A stretch of DNA of 64,000 bases from an uncultured Acidobacteriota bacterium. GTDB taxonomy: Bacteria > Acidobacteriota > Thermoanaerobaculia > UBA5066 > Gp7-AA6. The notes beneath the pieces are model-generated. The model was not told the DNA's origin. It saw only the letters and a list, made by a program, of their open reading frames with translations, and searched no databases. The stretch spans positions 64,001 through 128,000 of the forward strand of contig CAVXTP010000009.1 in assembly GCA_963764715.1 (NCBI GenBank), in the 5' to 3' direction. Position numbers and translations under genes: made by a program. Positions 44,826 to 54,708 of the stretch are shown here, in pieces (position 1 is the stretch's first letter; each line of letters opens with the position of its first letter).

Positions 44826-45470
44826 TTACTTCGCGCCGAGGGCTTCCCGGAACTCTCGCAGCTCCTGCTCGTCGAGGCCGCCGCCCGTGGCGCGCCCCGA
44901 GGCCTCGACGATCAGAACGTGGGGAAGCTCCGGCGTGTCCTCCCACGTCCGGTGGCGCTCGAGACCCGAGAACTCGGGCCGGCCGCTCTCGCCGTAGGTG
45001 CGAAAGACCGTCGTTTCGAAGCCGGCCGTGCGGACCGCGGCGGACAGCGTCGCCCGGTTGTAGAGGAATCGGTGTCCCCAGGCGTGGAACGCCCGGTTCA
45101 GTCGGAAGCAGTCGACCTGGGCATCCTTTTCGCCGGTCGCGGGCCCCCGGTAGTGAGTCAGCATCACCCAGTCGAGGTTGGGCGTCGAGAGTCTCAGCAC
45201 GCCGTCGGGCGCCAGCGCGCGCCGGCACTCGGCGAGGAACGCGAGCCCTTCGTCGAGCGTGAGGTGCTCGAGGAAGTGCTCCGCGTAGATCGACGCGACG
45301 TCGGCGAAGGGCAGCCCCTGCCTTACGTCGATGACCCGGTCGACGCCCTTGAGCGGCTGGTTGTCGATGTTGATCCAGCCGGGAATCGATTCCTGGCCCG
45401 CGCCGATGTGCAGCCGCGTGACCCTTCCGGAGGGCGCCGCCTCCGGCCGCGTGCGTCGGAAGATCCCCAT
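44826..45470 (-). CDS. Methyltransferase type 11-like protein (glycan-locus type)
   Basis: LHIGAG...GWINID, LPF...IYAEHFLEHL, ECRRALAPDGVLRLSTP. Confidence 0.85.
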   Translation of the reverse strand: MGIFRRTRPEAAPSGRVTRLHIGAGQESIPGWINIDNQPLKGVDRVIDVRQGLPFADVASIYAEHFLEHLTLDEGLAFLAECRRALAPDGVLRLSTPNLDWVMLTHYRGPATGEKDAQVDCFRLNRAFHAWGHRFLYNRATLSAAVRTAGFETTVFRTYGESGRPEFSGLERHRTWEDTPELPHVLIVEASGRATGGGLDEQELREFREALGAK

Positions 45471-45567
45471 CGCGGCTCCGTGTACCACACCCGGCTCCGG
45501 AGCGTCGAGGCGTGGTCCGGCGGCGAACGGCGTGTGCTAGGCTTTTTCCAAGATTCGAGGAGGTCAA

Positions 45568-48463
45568 ATGCGACGGTTCCTGCGGGCGATCGCCCTTGCG
45601 GCGGTGGGTCTCTGGTCTTCGTACGCCCTCGCGCAGACGACGGGAGACATCGTCGGGCACGTCACCGACGAAACCGGGGGAGCCCTTCCCGGCGTGACCG
45701 TCGAGGCGCGCTCACCGGCGTTCCAGGGCGTTCGATCGAACGTGACGGACGCGGCGGGCGCCTACCGGCTGGTGCTGCTGCCGCCCGGCACGTACAAGGT
45801 CACGGCCGCCCTCCAGGGGTTCGCGACGACCGAGGCGAGCGTGATCGTCGGCCTCGGCAAGACGTCGACGGGCGATCTCCGCCTGCGACCCGCGGCCAGC
45901 GCCGAGGTCGTCGTCACCGGGGAGCTGCCCCTGATCGACCAGGAGTCCGCCACCATCGGGACGAACATCGACAGCCGGCAGATCAAGTCCCTGCCGACCG
46001 GGCGCAGCTACACCTCGATCGTCCAGATCTCGGCGGGCGTTTCGACCCAGACGGCCAACACGTCCGCCTTCGCGAACACGATCGTCGTGAACGGCTCGAC
46101 GGGCCTCGAGAACGGCTTCGTGATCGACGGCGTCGTCACGAGCGGCGTCGAGTACGGCGCCCAGGGCAAGGACCTGAACTACGAGTTCATCCAGGAAGTC
46201 GAGATCAAGACCGGCGGCTACCAGGCCGAGTTCGGCCGCTCGACGGGCGGCATCATCAACGTCATCACGAAGTCGGGCGGCAACGAGTTCCACGGCGAGG
46301 CCTTCGCGTACTACGACAACAATTCGCTCCAGGCCAACAACAAGCACCCCGAGGACTCGCAGCTCTTCTCCTTCGTCTCGGGCTACAACCGGCTCGATTA
46401 CGGGTTCGATCTCGGCGGCTACGTCCTCAAGGACAAGGTCTGGTTCTTCGGCGCCTACGACCGCGTGCAGAACACGACCAAGCAGACGCTGACCGAGGGG
46501 CCCAACGCGGGACTTCCCGCCGACACGGACACGACGCGTAACCTCGGTTCGGCCAAGGTGACCTGGATGATCAACGCCTCCAACACGGTGGTCGGGAGCT
46601 ACTTCCAGGACCCGCGGACCGACACGGGCGCGGTCAACGACGGCGCGCACCCCGTCAACGGTCCCTACACGAGCTTCATCGGCGACCAGAGCTCCGGCGG
46701 CAGCGACTACTCGCTCCGGTACAGCGGCCTCTTCGGCTCGAGCTGGGCCGTGGCCCTCCAGGGAGCGGTCCACCACGAGAAGAACAACGTCGATCCGGGG
46801 CTGCCGGGCGGCGACGAGATCCAGTTCGTCGACACGATCAACAACGTCCAGCAGGGGGGATTCGGACTCATCCAGGACAAGGCCTTCAAGCGGTATCTCG
46901 GAACGATGTCGGTGACGAAGTACCTCGGCAACAACGAGATCAAGGGCGGCTTCGAGTTCATGGAGGACCAGGCCGACGTCATCAAGCGCATGTCCGGCGG
47001 CCAGCAGGTCACGATCCTTCCGAACACGGGCGACCCGTCGCGGCCCGTCTACTCCCACTTCTACTGGACGATCCCGACCGCCAGCCTGCCGGACAACGTG
47101 CCGACGTCGCAGTTGAACGCGACCCCGTTCCACCGGACCTATTCGTTCTACCTCCAGGACACCCTCACGCTCATGCCCAACCTGACGATCAGCCTGGGCG
47201 TCCGCTACGACAACCAGCAGATCTTCTCGGGAGACGGCACGCGGCAGATCAACATCACCGACAGCTGGGCGCCGCGCATCGGCTTCACCTGGGATCCCAC
47301 GAAGGACGGCAGGACCAAGGTGTTCGGCTCGTACGGCTACTTTTACGAGCAGATCCCGATGGACCTCGTCATCCGTTCGTACAGCTCGGAGCGCCAGCCC
47401 ACGATCTACAACTTCGATCCCACCTCGCTCGTCCCGGACGTGACGGCGGCCGAAATCGCCGGCGACGACAACGCGGCCCGCCAGGGCGGCGGAAAGATCT
47501 TCGGCGGCTTCAACGACCTCACGGATGCGGGCCTCTCCGGACAGTACCTGCGCGAGGGCATCTTCGGCATCGAGCGGGCACTGACGCCGACCCTCGCCGC
47601 GCGCGCCCGCTTCGTCTACCGGGACCTGCCCCGGGTCGTCGAGGACTACCTGTGCTCGAACGAGGGCGACTACTGCGTCGGCAACCCGACCGAAGGCCGG
47701 ATGGCGAACCTCTTCTCGCTCGATTACAACACCCAGTTCACCACGCCGAGGGCTCAGCGGATCTACAAGGGGTTCCAGTTCGACGTGACCAAGCAGTTCT
47801 CGGACAACTGGACGGTGCTCGCGTCCTACGTCTACGCGACGCTCCAGGGCAACTACGACGGCCTCTTCGCGCCGTACACGCAGCCCCGCGGCACGGCGGA
47901 CCCCAACATCTCGGCGCTCTACGACTACTACGACTTCTTCACGAAGGGCCCGGTGATCGACGGCGTCGCGCAGCCGGTCACGACCACCGGCTACCTCTCG
48001 AATGATCGCCGCAGCGTCGCCAAACTCTCCGGCGTGTACGTGACGCCGTTCAACCTGTCGGTCGGCCTCGTCGACCTATTACCAGACCGGCACGCCGATC
48101 TCGCGCATCGGGTTCTCGGACGCCTACTCGCGGCCGGAGTTCTTCCTCGACCGGCGCGGCTCCGAGGGCCGGGTCCAGTCCTCCTACGACGCCGACGTCC
48201 ACCTCGGCTATCCGCTCCAGCTCGGTCCGGTGACGCTGAACTTCCTGGTCGACGTGTTCAACATCCTCAACACGCAGCGCGTCATCGCCGTGGACCAGCG
48301 GTACAACCTGTCCGAGTTTCAGGATCCCGCTTTCGGCCCCAACTACGTCTGCGGTAGCAACCTGAGCGCGGACGACGAGGCGGTGTGCAACCCGACCTAC
48401 GGGCAGGCGATCGCACGCACGCTCCCGACGTCGGTGCGGTTCGGCGCGAAGCTCGCGTTCTAA
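45568..48463 (+). CDS. Oar-like TonB-dependent receptor; apparent +1 frameshift near 48070
   Basis: GAGGAGG RBS, signal peptide, same plug motif as the 14238 receptor. C-terminus in ORF 48230-48463, ending GAKLAF. Confidence 0.92.
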
Positions 48464-48474
48464 GGCCGAGCAGA

Positions 48475-48527
48475 GTAGGGGCGGGGCTGTCCCCGCCCGG
48501 ACGGGCGGCCGCAAGGGCCGCCCCTAC
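48475..48527. repeat. Inverted pair of GTAG-type REPs (REPIN-like)
   Basis: GTAGGGGCGGGGCTGTCCCCGCCC-GGAC-GGGCGGCCGCAAGGGCCGCCCCTAC, between convergent genes. Confidence 0.88.
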
Positions 48528-49318
48528 GTTTGGTCGGGCAGCGCGGAGGCGAAGAAGTCGCCGAGGGCGGCGGCGACGGCGCCGGGCCGCTCCATCGGCG
48601 TCAGGTGCCCGGCGCCCGGAATCGTGACGAGCCGCGCGCCCGGAATGGCCGCGGCCATCGCCTCGGAATCCGCGGGCGGCGTCAGCGCGTCCTGCGCCCC
48701 GACGACGACGAGCGCCGGGACCCCGATCGAGGCGAGGCCGGGGCGGGCGTCGGGCCGGTCCCGCATGGCGGCGAGGTCGGCTTCGACGGTCTCCGGCGTC
48801 TGCCGCATGATGATCCGCCGCAGGCGGCCGACGAGGTCTTCGTTCCCGAGCGAGGCCGGAGTCAGGAGCTTCGGGACCATCGCGTCCGCGATGGCGGCGA
48901 CGCCGGCCGAGCGCACCGTGGCGATGGCTTCGTCCCGCCTGGCCCGACCGGCTTCGTCGTCCGCCTGGGCGCGCGTGTCGACGAGCGCGAGCGCCGCGAG
49001 CTTCGCCGGCTTGCGGCGGGCCAGAGCGAGGGCGACGTAGCCGCCCATCGAAAATCCGGCCACTCCCGCCGGACCCGGGAGCCCGGCGAGGATCGCGTCG
49101 AGAAAGTCGGCCGAGTCCTCGAGCGTCGCCCCGGAGGCGACCGGCGTCTCGCCCCGTCCCGGGAGGTCCGGCTTGAGCACCCGGAACTTCGCGGCGAGCA
49201 CGCGCGCCACCCCCGACCACATCGCGCCGTCGAGGGGATAGCCGTGCACGAGGACGAGCGGGGGACCCGAGCCCATCTCCCGGATCCGCGCCGTCCCGCC
49301 CTTCCAGACCAGGTCCAT
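48524..49318 (-). CDS. Alpha/beta hydrolase (PcaD-like)
   Basis: VLVHGYP, GFSMGG, VGAQD, AGHL.PME. Confidence 0.9.
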   Translation of the reverse strand: MDLVWKGGTARIREMGSGPPLVLVHGYPLDGAMWSGVARVLAAKFRVLKPDLPGRGETPVASGATLEDSADFLDAILAGLPGPAGVAGFSMGGYVALALARRKPAKLAALALVDTRAQADDEAGRARRDEAIATVRSAGVAAIADAMVPKLLTPASLGNEDLVGRLRRIIMRQTPETVEADLAAMRDRPDARPGLASIGVPALVVVGAQDALTPPADSEAMAAAIPGARLVTIPGAGHLTPMERPGAVAAALGDFFASALPDQT

Positions 49319-49331
49319 CGGGAGAGGCTCC

Positions 49332-50318
49332 TCAGGCCGCGCCGATCCGGCCGAGCTCGTCGACCGTCGCCCGCAGCACCTCGACCGCGTCCCGGTCCCA
49401 CCAGCCCCGCTGGACGCCGTCGGCGAGGATCTCGAAGGCGGTCGCGATCGACAGGGCGCCGCGGTACGCGCGGTCGGTCGTGAGCGCGTCGAAGATGTCG
49501 GAGACGGTCACGATCCGCACGGACATCGGGATCGCGGCGGCCGAGATCCCCTCGGGGTAGCCCGAGCCGTCGAGCCGCTCGTGATGCGAGTAGACGACCG
49601 GGAGGGTCTTCCGCATCGTGCGCATCGGCAGGAGGAGCTCGTGTCCGACGGTCGGGTGCTCCTCGATCACGGCGCGTTCCTCGGGCGTCAGCGTGCCGGG
49701 CTTGCGCAGGATCGCGTCGGGGATCACGATCTTGCCGAGGTCGTGGAACAGGGCGCCCCGCCGCATGTCCGTGCGCGCGGCGCCGTCGAGGCCCATCCGG
49801 TCCGCCACGCGATCGGCGTATTCGGCCACGCGGCCGCTGTGGCCGGCGGTGTAGGGGTCGCGGGCGTCGATCGTCTTGGCGAGCGTCAGGATGACGTGCT
49901 CGGCGTGCTCGTGCTCGTCGGCGAAGAGCTTGAGCATGACGAGGGCGCGCACGCGCGGCACGAGCTCCTCGGGGGAGAAGGGCTTGGCGATGAAGTCGGT
50001 CACGCCGATGCCCTGGGCGCGCATTTTCTCGGCCGGGGAGGCGGCTCCCGTGAGCATCACGACCGGCAGGAGGCGCGTCGAGGGCTCGGCGCGGATCTCC
50101 TCGAGCACGTCGTGGCCGCTGCGGTCGGGCAGGTGCAGGTCGAGCAGCACGAGGTCCGGCGGGTTCGCCCGGACGAGCTCCATGGCGCCCGCGGCCGTCG
50201 CCGACTCTTCGACCGTGTAGCCGGAGCGCAGGAGGAGGCGGCGCAGATAGGCCCTCACCTGTTCGTCGTCATCGACGACCAGAATCCGCACGGAGGACGT
50301 CTCGGGTACTGGAAACAC
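49332..50318 (-). CDS. Response regulator receiver plus HD-GYP c-di-GMP phosphodiesterase
   Basis: ILVVDDD, LLDLHLP, KPF (REC); RDPYTAGHS, HDLGK, HHERLDGSGYP. Start is GTG 50318 or 50291. Confidence 0.92.
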   Translation of the reverse strand: MFPVPETSSVRILVVDDDEQVRAYLRRLLLRSGYTVEESATAAGAMELVRANPPDLVLLDLHLPDRSGHDVLEEIRAEPSTRLLPVVMLTGAASPAEKMRAQGIGVTDFIAKPFSPEELVPRVRALVMLKLFADEHEHAEHVILTLAKTIDARDPYTAGHSGRVAEYADRVADRMGLDGAARTDMRRGALFHDLGKIVIPDAILRKPGTLTPEERAVIEEHPTVGHELLLPMRTMRKTLPVVYSHHERLDGSGYPEGISAAAIPMSVRIVTVSDIFDALTTDRAYRGALSIATAFEILADGVQRGWWDRDAVEVLRATVDELGRIGAA

Positions 50319-50320
50319 GG

Positions 50321-51442
50321 TCAGAAGGCTCGTTTGGAAGCTCGAACCAGTGTAACAGAGCGCCCCGGGACGCCCTCCAGGGCGGCCGAGGCGATGCGGC
50401 GGGTCAGCGTCGGTATGGCCGACCGGGCGAGGGCGCCGGGCGTGAGCCAGCGCATGGCCTCGGGACGGCGCTCCGGCATCCCGCCGCTTTCGGCGCGGGG
50501 CGCGGCGCGGTAGATGCGGATGTCGAGGAGGCGGTTCACGATCGTGTGCCGCGCCGTCGCGACCGCCCGCGCGCCGGCCAGGCGGAGCCCGAGGCCGGGA
50601 AGCGCCCTCGCGAGCGCCCTGCGCGCCGCGGCCGGGGAACGCCCTTCGGCGGCGGGAAAGAGCCAGAGCCCGCGCAGGAGGGTGCCGCTTTCCCGGCGGA
50701 GCAGCACGCGGCCGGCGTGCACCGCGACGGCGGCGGCGACGTGGACGCGGCGGGGCCGCGGCTTCGCGCGGCGTCGGGGAAACCGCTCGGGCGCCCCCGT
50801 CGCGAAGGCGGCGCAGAGACGCGAGACGGGGCACGCGTCGCACGCGGGCCGCCGGGGCAGGCAGATCTGCTGGCCGAGGTCCATGAGCGCCGCGGTCAGG
50901 TCGCCCGGGCGGCGCGCGGGCAGGAGCTCGCCGGCGCGGCGGCGCACCGCGGCGGCGTGCGCGGCGGTGCCGGCCACGCCGCGGATCGCGAAGAGCCGCG
51001 AGACGACCCGGGTCACGTTGGCGTCGACCGCGGGCACGCGCGCGCCGAAGGCGAGCGAGGCGACGGCGGCCGCCATGTAGTCCCCGAATCCGGGCAGCCT
51101 CGCGAGCGTCGCCGGGTCTCGGGGCACCTGTCCGCCGTGCCGCGCGACGAGCTCCCGCGCCGCCGCGTGGAGGTGCCGCGCGCGGGCGTAGTACCCGAGG
51201 CCCGACCAGGCGGCGAGCACGCTCGACTCGCGCGCGCGGGCGAGCGACGCGAGATCGGGAAACCGCCCCAGGAATCCGGCGTAGCGGCCGCGCACGGCCG
51301 CGACCGTCGTCTGCTGGAGCATGACCTCCGAGACCCAGATGCGGTAGGGATCGCGGGTCCCGCGCCACGGCAGGGCGCGTTTCTCGCGGCGAAACCAGGC
51401 GAGGAGCGCGCGGCGGATCGGCGCCGCGCGGTCGCCCCTCAG
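50321..51442 (-). CDS. mutY: A/G-specific adenine glycosylase; probable CTG start
   Basis: LPWR...PYRIWVSEVMLQQT, WSGLGYYARA, LPGFGDY, VDANVTRV, C-x6-C-x2-C-x5-C Fe-S motif. Confidence 0.92.
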   Translation of the reverse strand: MRGDRAAPIRRALLAWFRREKRALPWRGTRDPYRIWVSEVMLQQTTVAAVRGRYAGFLGRFPDLASLARARESSVLAAWSGLGYYARARHLHAAARELVARHGGQVPRDPATLARLPGFGDYMAAAVASLAFGARVPAVDANVTRVVSRLFAIRGVAGTAAHAAAVRRRAGELLPARRPGDLTAALMDLGQQICLPRRPACDACPVSRLCAAFATGAPERFPRRRAKPRPRRVHVAAAVAVHAGRVLLRRESGTLLRGLWLFPAAEGRSPAAARRALARALPGLGLRLAGARAVATARHTIVNRLLDIRIYRAAPRAESGGMPERRPEAMRWLTPGALARSAIPTLTRRIASAALEGVPGRSVTLVRASKRAF

Positions 51443-52554
51443 GAGGGCGTGACCTCGGTGCGCGGCGCGATCCAGCCGGGCTCGCGCATCAGGTCGCGCA
51501 CGAACGCCTTCTCCTCGGCGTTCGGGAGGACCTCGGCGACGTGTTTCGCGTACGCCTCGGGCGACAGCTTCTCGCCCGTGACCGAATACGGCTCCCCGAC
51601 GAACTCGCCGATCGAGCGGTGGAACCGCATGTCGGGCGCGGTCAGCGGCGGCGTGCCGGCGGGCAGGAACTTGCTGATCGACTCGAGGAGGCCGTCGACC
51701 TCCTTCTTGTAGAGGTCGCGCGACATCTCGTTCAGGTGCGCCTTGTCGGGGTCCGCGGGCTGCCGGGCCTCGTCGTACCGGCCCTTCAGGCCCCACACGT
51801 AGAACCACTCGGCCGAGGACGACGAGTCCTTGCCGAAGAGGTCGTAGGCCGTCGAGAGCCACTTGTTGACGTACTTCTGCAGGAGGGCGGGCGGCACGCG
51901 TCCGGCCTTCACGATCCGCTGGAGGCCCATGTGCCCGGTGCCGAGGTGGAAGCCCTCCTCGCGCAGCATCGGTCCCATCGAGCGCGCGAGCGGCGCGAAG
52001 CCCGACGTCGAGAGCATGTTGAGCTGGAACTTGCCGTCGCGGTCGACGAACTCGGTGTAGGTGAAGAAGTCGACCCAGTTGTCGACGTCCACGTTGAACG
52101 ACCCGAGGAGACGGTTGTTGTCCCAGGCGCGGCGCTCGAGGAGCTTGCGCGCCTCGATCTTCCCGGTCTCGCCGAAGTGGTTGACGAGGAGGTGGCACAT
52201 CTGCCAGCCGTGGCGCATCTCCTCGACCATGATGCGGCACGCGCTGTCGGTGTCGTAGTCGGAAGGCGAGCACTCGAGGAGCCGGCGCTGCTGCTCGACC
52301 GAGGCGAACTCCGTGTCGCCCTGGTACACGATGAGGTTGCACAGGGCGTCGCGGATCGGCTGCTGGGGGATCTGCGTCACCCGCTCCCACTTGCGCGCGC
52401 CGCGGAAATCTCCGTACTCGATCTCGTCGGTCTTCAGGTCCCCGTACTTGGCTTCGAACTGATAGTCCGAGTACTTCGGCAGCGCCAGGCCGATGTCCTT
52501 CTGCCAGGCGCGGAACGCGTCGATCCAGTCGTCGAACGTGGCGATCTTGCTCAT
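51439..52554 (-). CDS. BoxB/PaaA-like ferritin-fold diiron protein
   Basis: QGDTEFASVEQQ, EEMRH, DRDGKFQL, EEGFH: two EXXH diiron motifs arranged as in benzoyl-CoA epoxidase BoxB. Confidence 0.85.
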   Translation of the reverse strand: MSKIATFDDWIDAFRAWQKDIGLALPKYSDYQFEAKYGDLKTDEIEYGDFRGARKWERVTQIPQQPIRDALCNLIVYQGDTEFASVEQQRRLLECSPSDYDTDSACRIMVEEMRHGWQMCHLLVNHFGETGKIEARKLLERRAWDNNRLLGSFNVDVDNWVDFFTYTEFVDRDGKFQLNMLSTSGFAPLARSMGPMLREEGFHLGTGHMGLQRIVKAGRVPPALLQKYVNKWLSTAYDLFGKDSSSSAEWFYVWGLKGRYDEARQPADPDKAHLNEMSRDLYKKEVDGLLESISKFLPAGTPPLTAPDMRFHRSIGEFVGEPYSVTGEKLSPEAYAKHVAEVLPNAEEKAFVRDLMREPGWIAPRTEVTPS

Positions 52555-52571
52555 GACCCTCCCGGAACAAC

Positions 52572-52578
52572 TATCATA
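52572..52578. promoter_or_regulatory. Overlapping -10 elements, putative bidirectional promoter
   Basis: TATCAT on + (52572-77) and TATGAT on - (52573-78), inside a 32-bp gap between divergent genes. Confidence 0.6.
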
Positions 52579-52586
52579 TCGGGAAT

Positions 52587-53003
52587 ATGCCCCTGGAGAT
52601 CGACTGGGAGGGCCTGATCGTGGCCTTCGAGAACCGCTCCCAGAAGATCACGCACTTCTTCGACTGCGAGACCGGCGACGTCGTCCAGGTGCTCGTCCGC
52701 GATGCCGCCCGCCACGCCGAGCTTACGGCCGACCCGCGCTACCGCGCGCTGCCGAAGGACCGGGGAGAACGGACGCGCGGCGACCTCGTGGACTTCGCGG
52801 CCCACTGCGAGGACGAGGACTGCCGCCGGGACCTGCGCAAGGCGCTCGAGTCGCCCGAGCCGGCCGACGCCTACCGCGCGGCCCTCCTCGCCCACCCGAA
52901 GGAGGAGACCCACTTCTTCCAGTTCAAGGAGCGCCGCGCGCGCGAACGGGCCGTCGAGTGGCTCAAGGGGCAGGGGATCGCGCGGGAGGTCCCGCTAACG
53001 TAG
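52587..53003 (+). CDS. UPF0158-family protein
   Basis: IDWEGLIVAFE...FFDCETGDV...L.KAL...YRAAL..HP...EWL pattern; 138 aa. Confidence 0.75.
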   Translation: MPLEIDWEGLIVAFENRSQKITHFFDCETGDVVQVLVRDAARHAELTADPRYRALPKDRGERTRGDLVDFAAHCEDEDCRRDLRKALESPEPADAYRAALLAHPKEETHFFQFKERRARERAVEWLKGQGIAREVPLT

Positions 53004-53609
53004 CCGCAGGACGCCGAAGCGCTCCGGCACGTGGAAGTCGGGAGGCGCGGCGAAGGTCGGGGACCACGCGGTGAACTCGTCTGGTTCCGAAGCGCCCCCG
53101 CCGCGATCGATCCGGTAGAAGTTGGCCCTCAGCCGCGCCGGCGCCGGCGTCCCGCACCACGGTTCGAGGGGGATCGTGAGAAGGGCCGACCACCTCTCCG
53201 GCCGGAGAGTCACGCGGGCCTCGAGGCCCGGGCAGTCCCAGGAGGCGTCGACCCGCATCGAGCTTCGCTCGAGCGCGGGGGATTCGACCCGCGCGTCGAA
53301 CAGCGCGCCGAGCGGATTGACCTCGAACTCGTAGTAGACGCGGGGCGGATCGTCGCAGGCGAGGAACACTTCGAAGACGTCCTCGGTCCACAGCGGGCCG
53401 TCGCGCTCGGTCCGCGTCGCGACGACGCCGGCGTCGCGCCCGTCGAACCGGACGCAGAGCGCTCCGTCCCGCAGGCCCACGCGGACCGACGTCGCGAGAC
53501 GCGGCGGCCCGCCCGTGACGGCGTCGGCGAGGCGGATCGCCGGCAGGCCGACGAGACGGTCGGTCGGCGCGAGCGGCGGAACGCTCAGCTCGGGGACGGG
53601 CGCGGGCAT
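52995..53609 (-). CDS. Carbohydrate-binding family 9-like (DOMON) protein
   Basis: RDGPLWTEDVFEVFL, YYEFEVNPLG.LFD, RANFYRID, AWSPT..DFHVPERFG. Confidence 0.85.
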   Translation of the reverse strand: MPAPVPELSVPPLAPTDRLVGLPAIRLADAVTGGPPRLATSVRVGLRDGALCVRFDGRDAGVVATRTERDGPLWTEDVFEVFLACDDPPRVYYEFEVNPLGALFDARVESPALERSSMRVDASWDCPGLEARVTLRPERWSALLTIPLEPWCGTPAPARLRANFYRIDRGGGASEPDEFTAWSPTFAAPPDFHVPERFGVLRLR

Positions 53610-53634
53610 CGGACCCGCATTCTGACCGATCCCG

Positions 53635-54630
<996 letters not shown>

Positions 54631-54708
54631 CCCACCACCTCCGTGCAGACCCATCCGGGCCGAGGCTAGGCGTGCGCCCGTATTGTGCCTCCGAAACTCA
54701 CGAGATTT

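Noticed and set aside
49332-52570. Long ORFs extending HD-GYP (678 aa) and MutY (749 aa) upstream
   Set aside because: The extensions are off-frame readings of the neighbouring genes, typical of stop-poor high-GC DNA.
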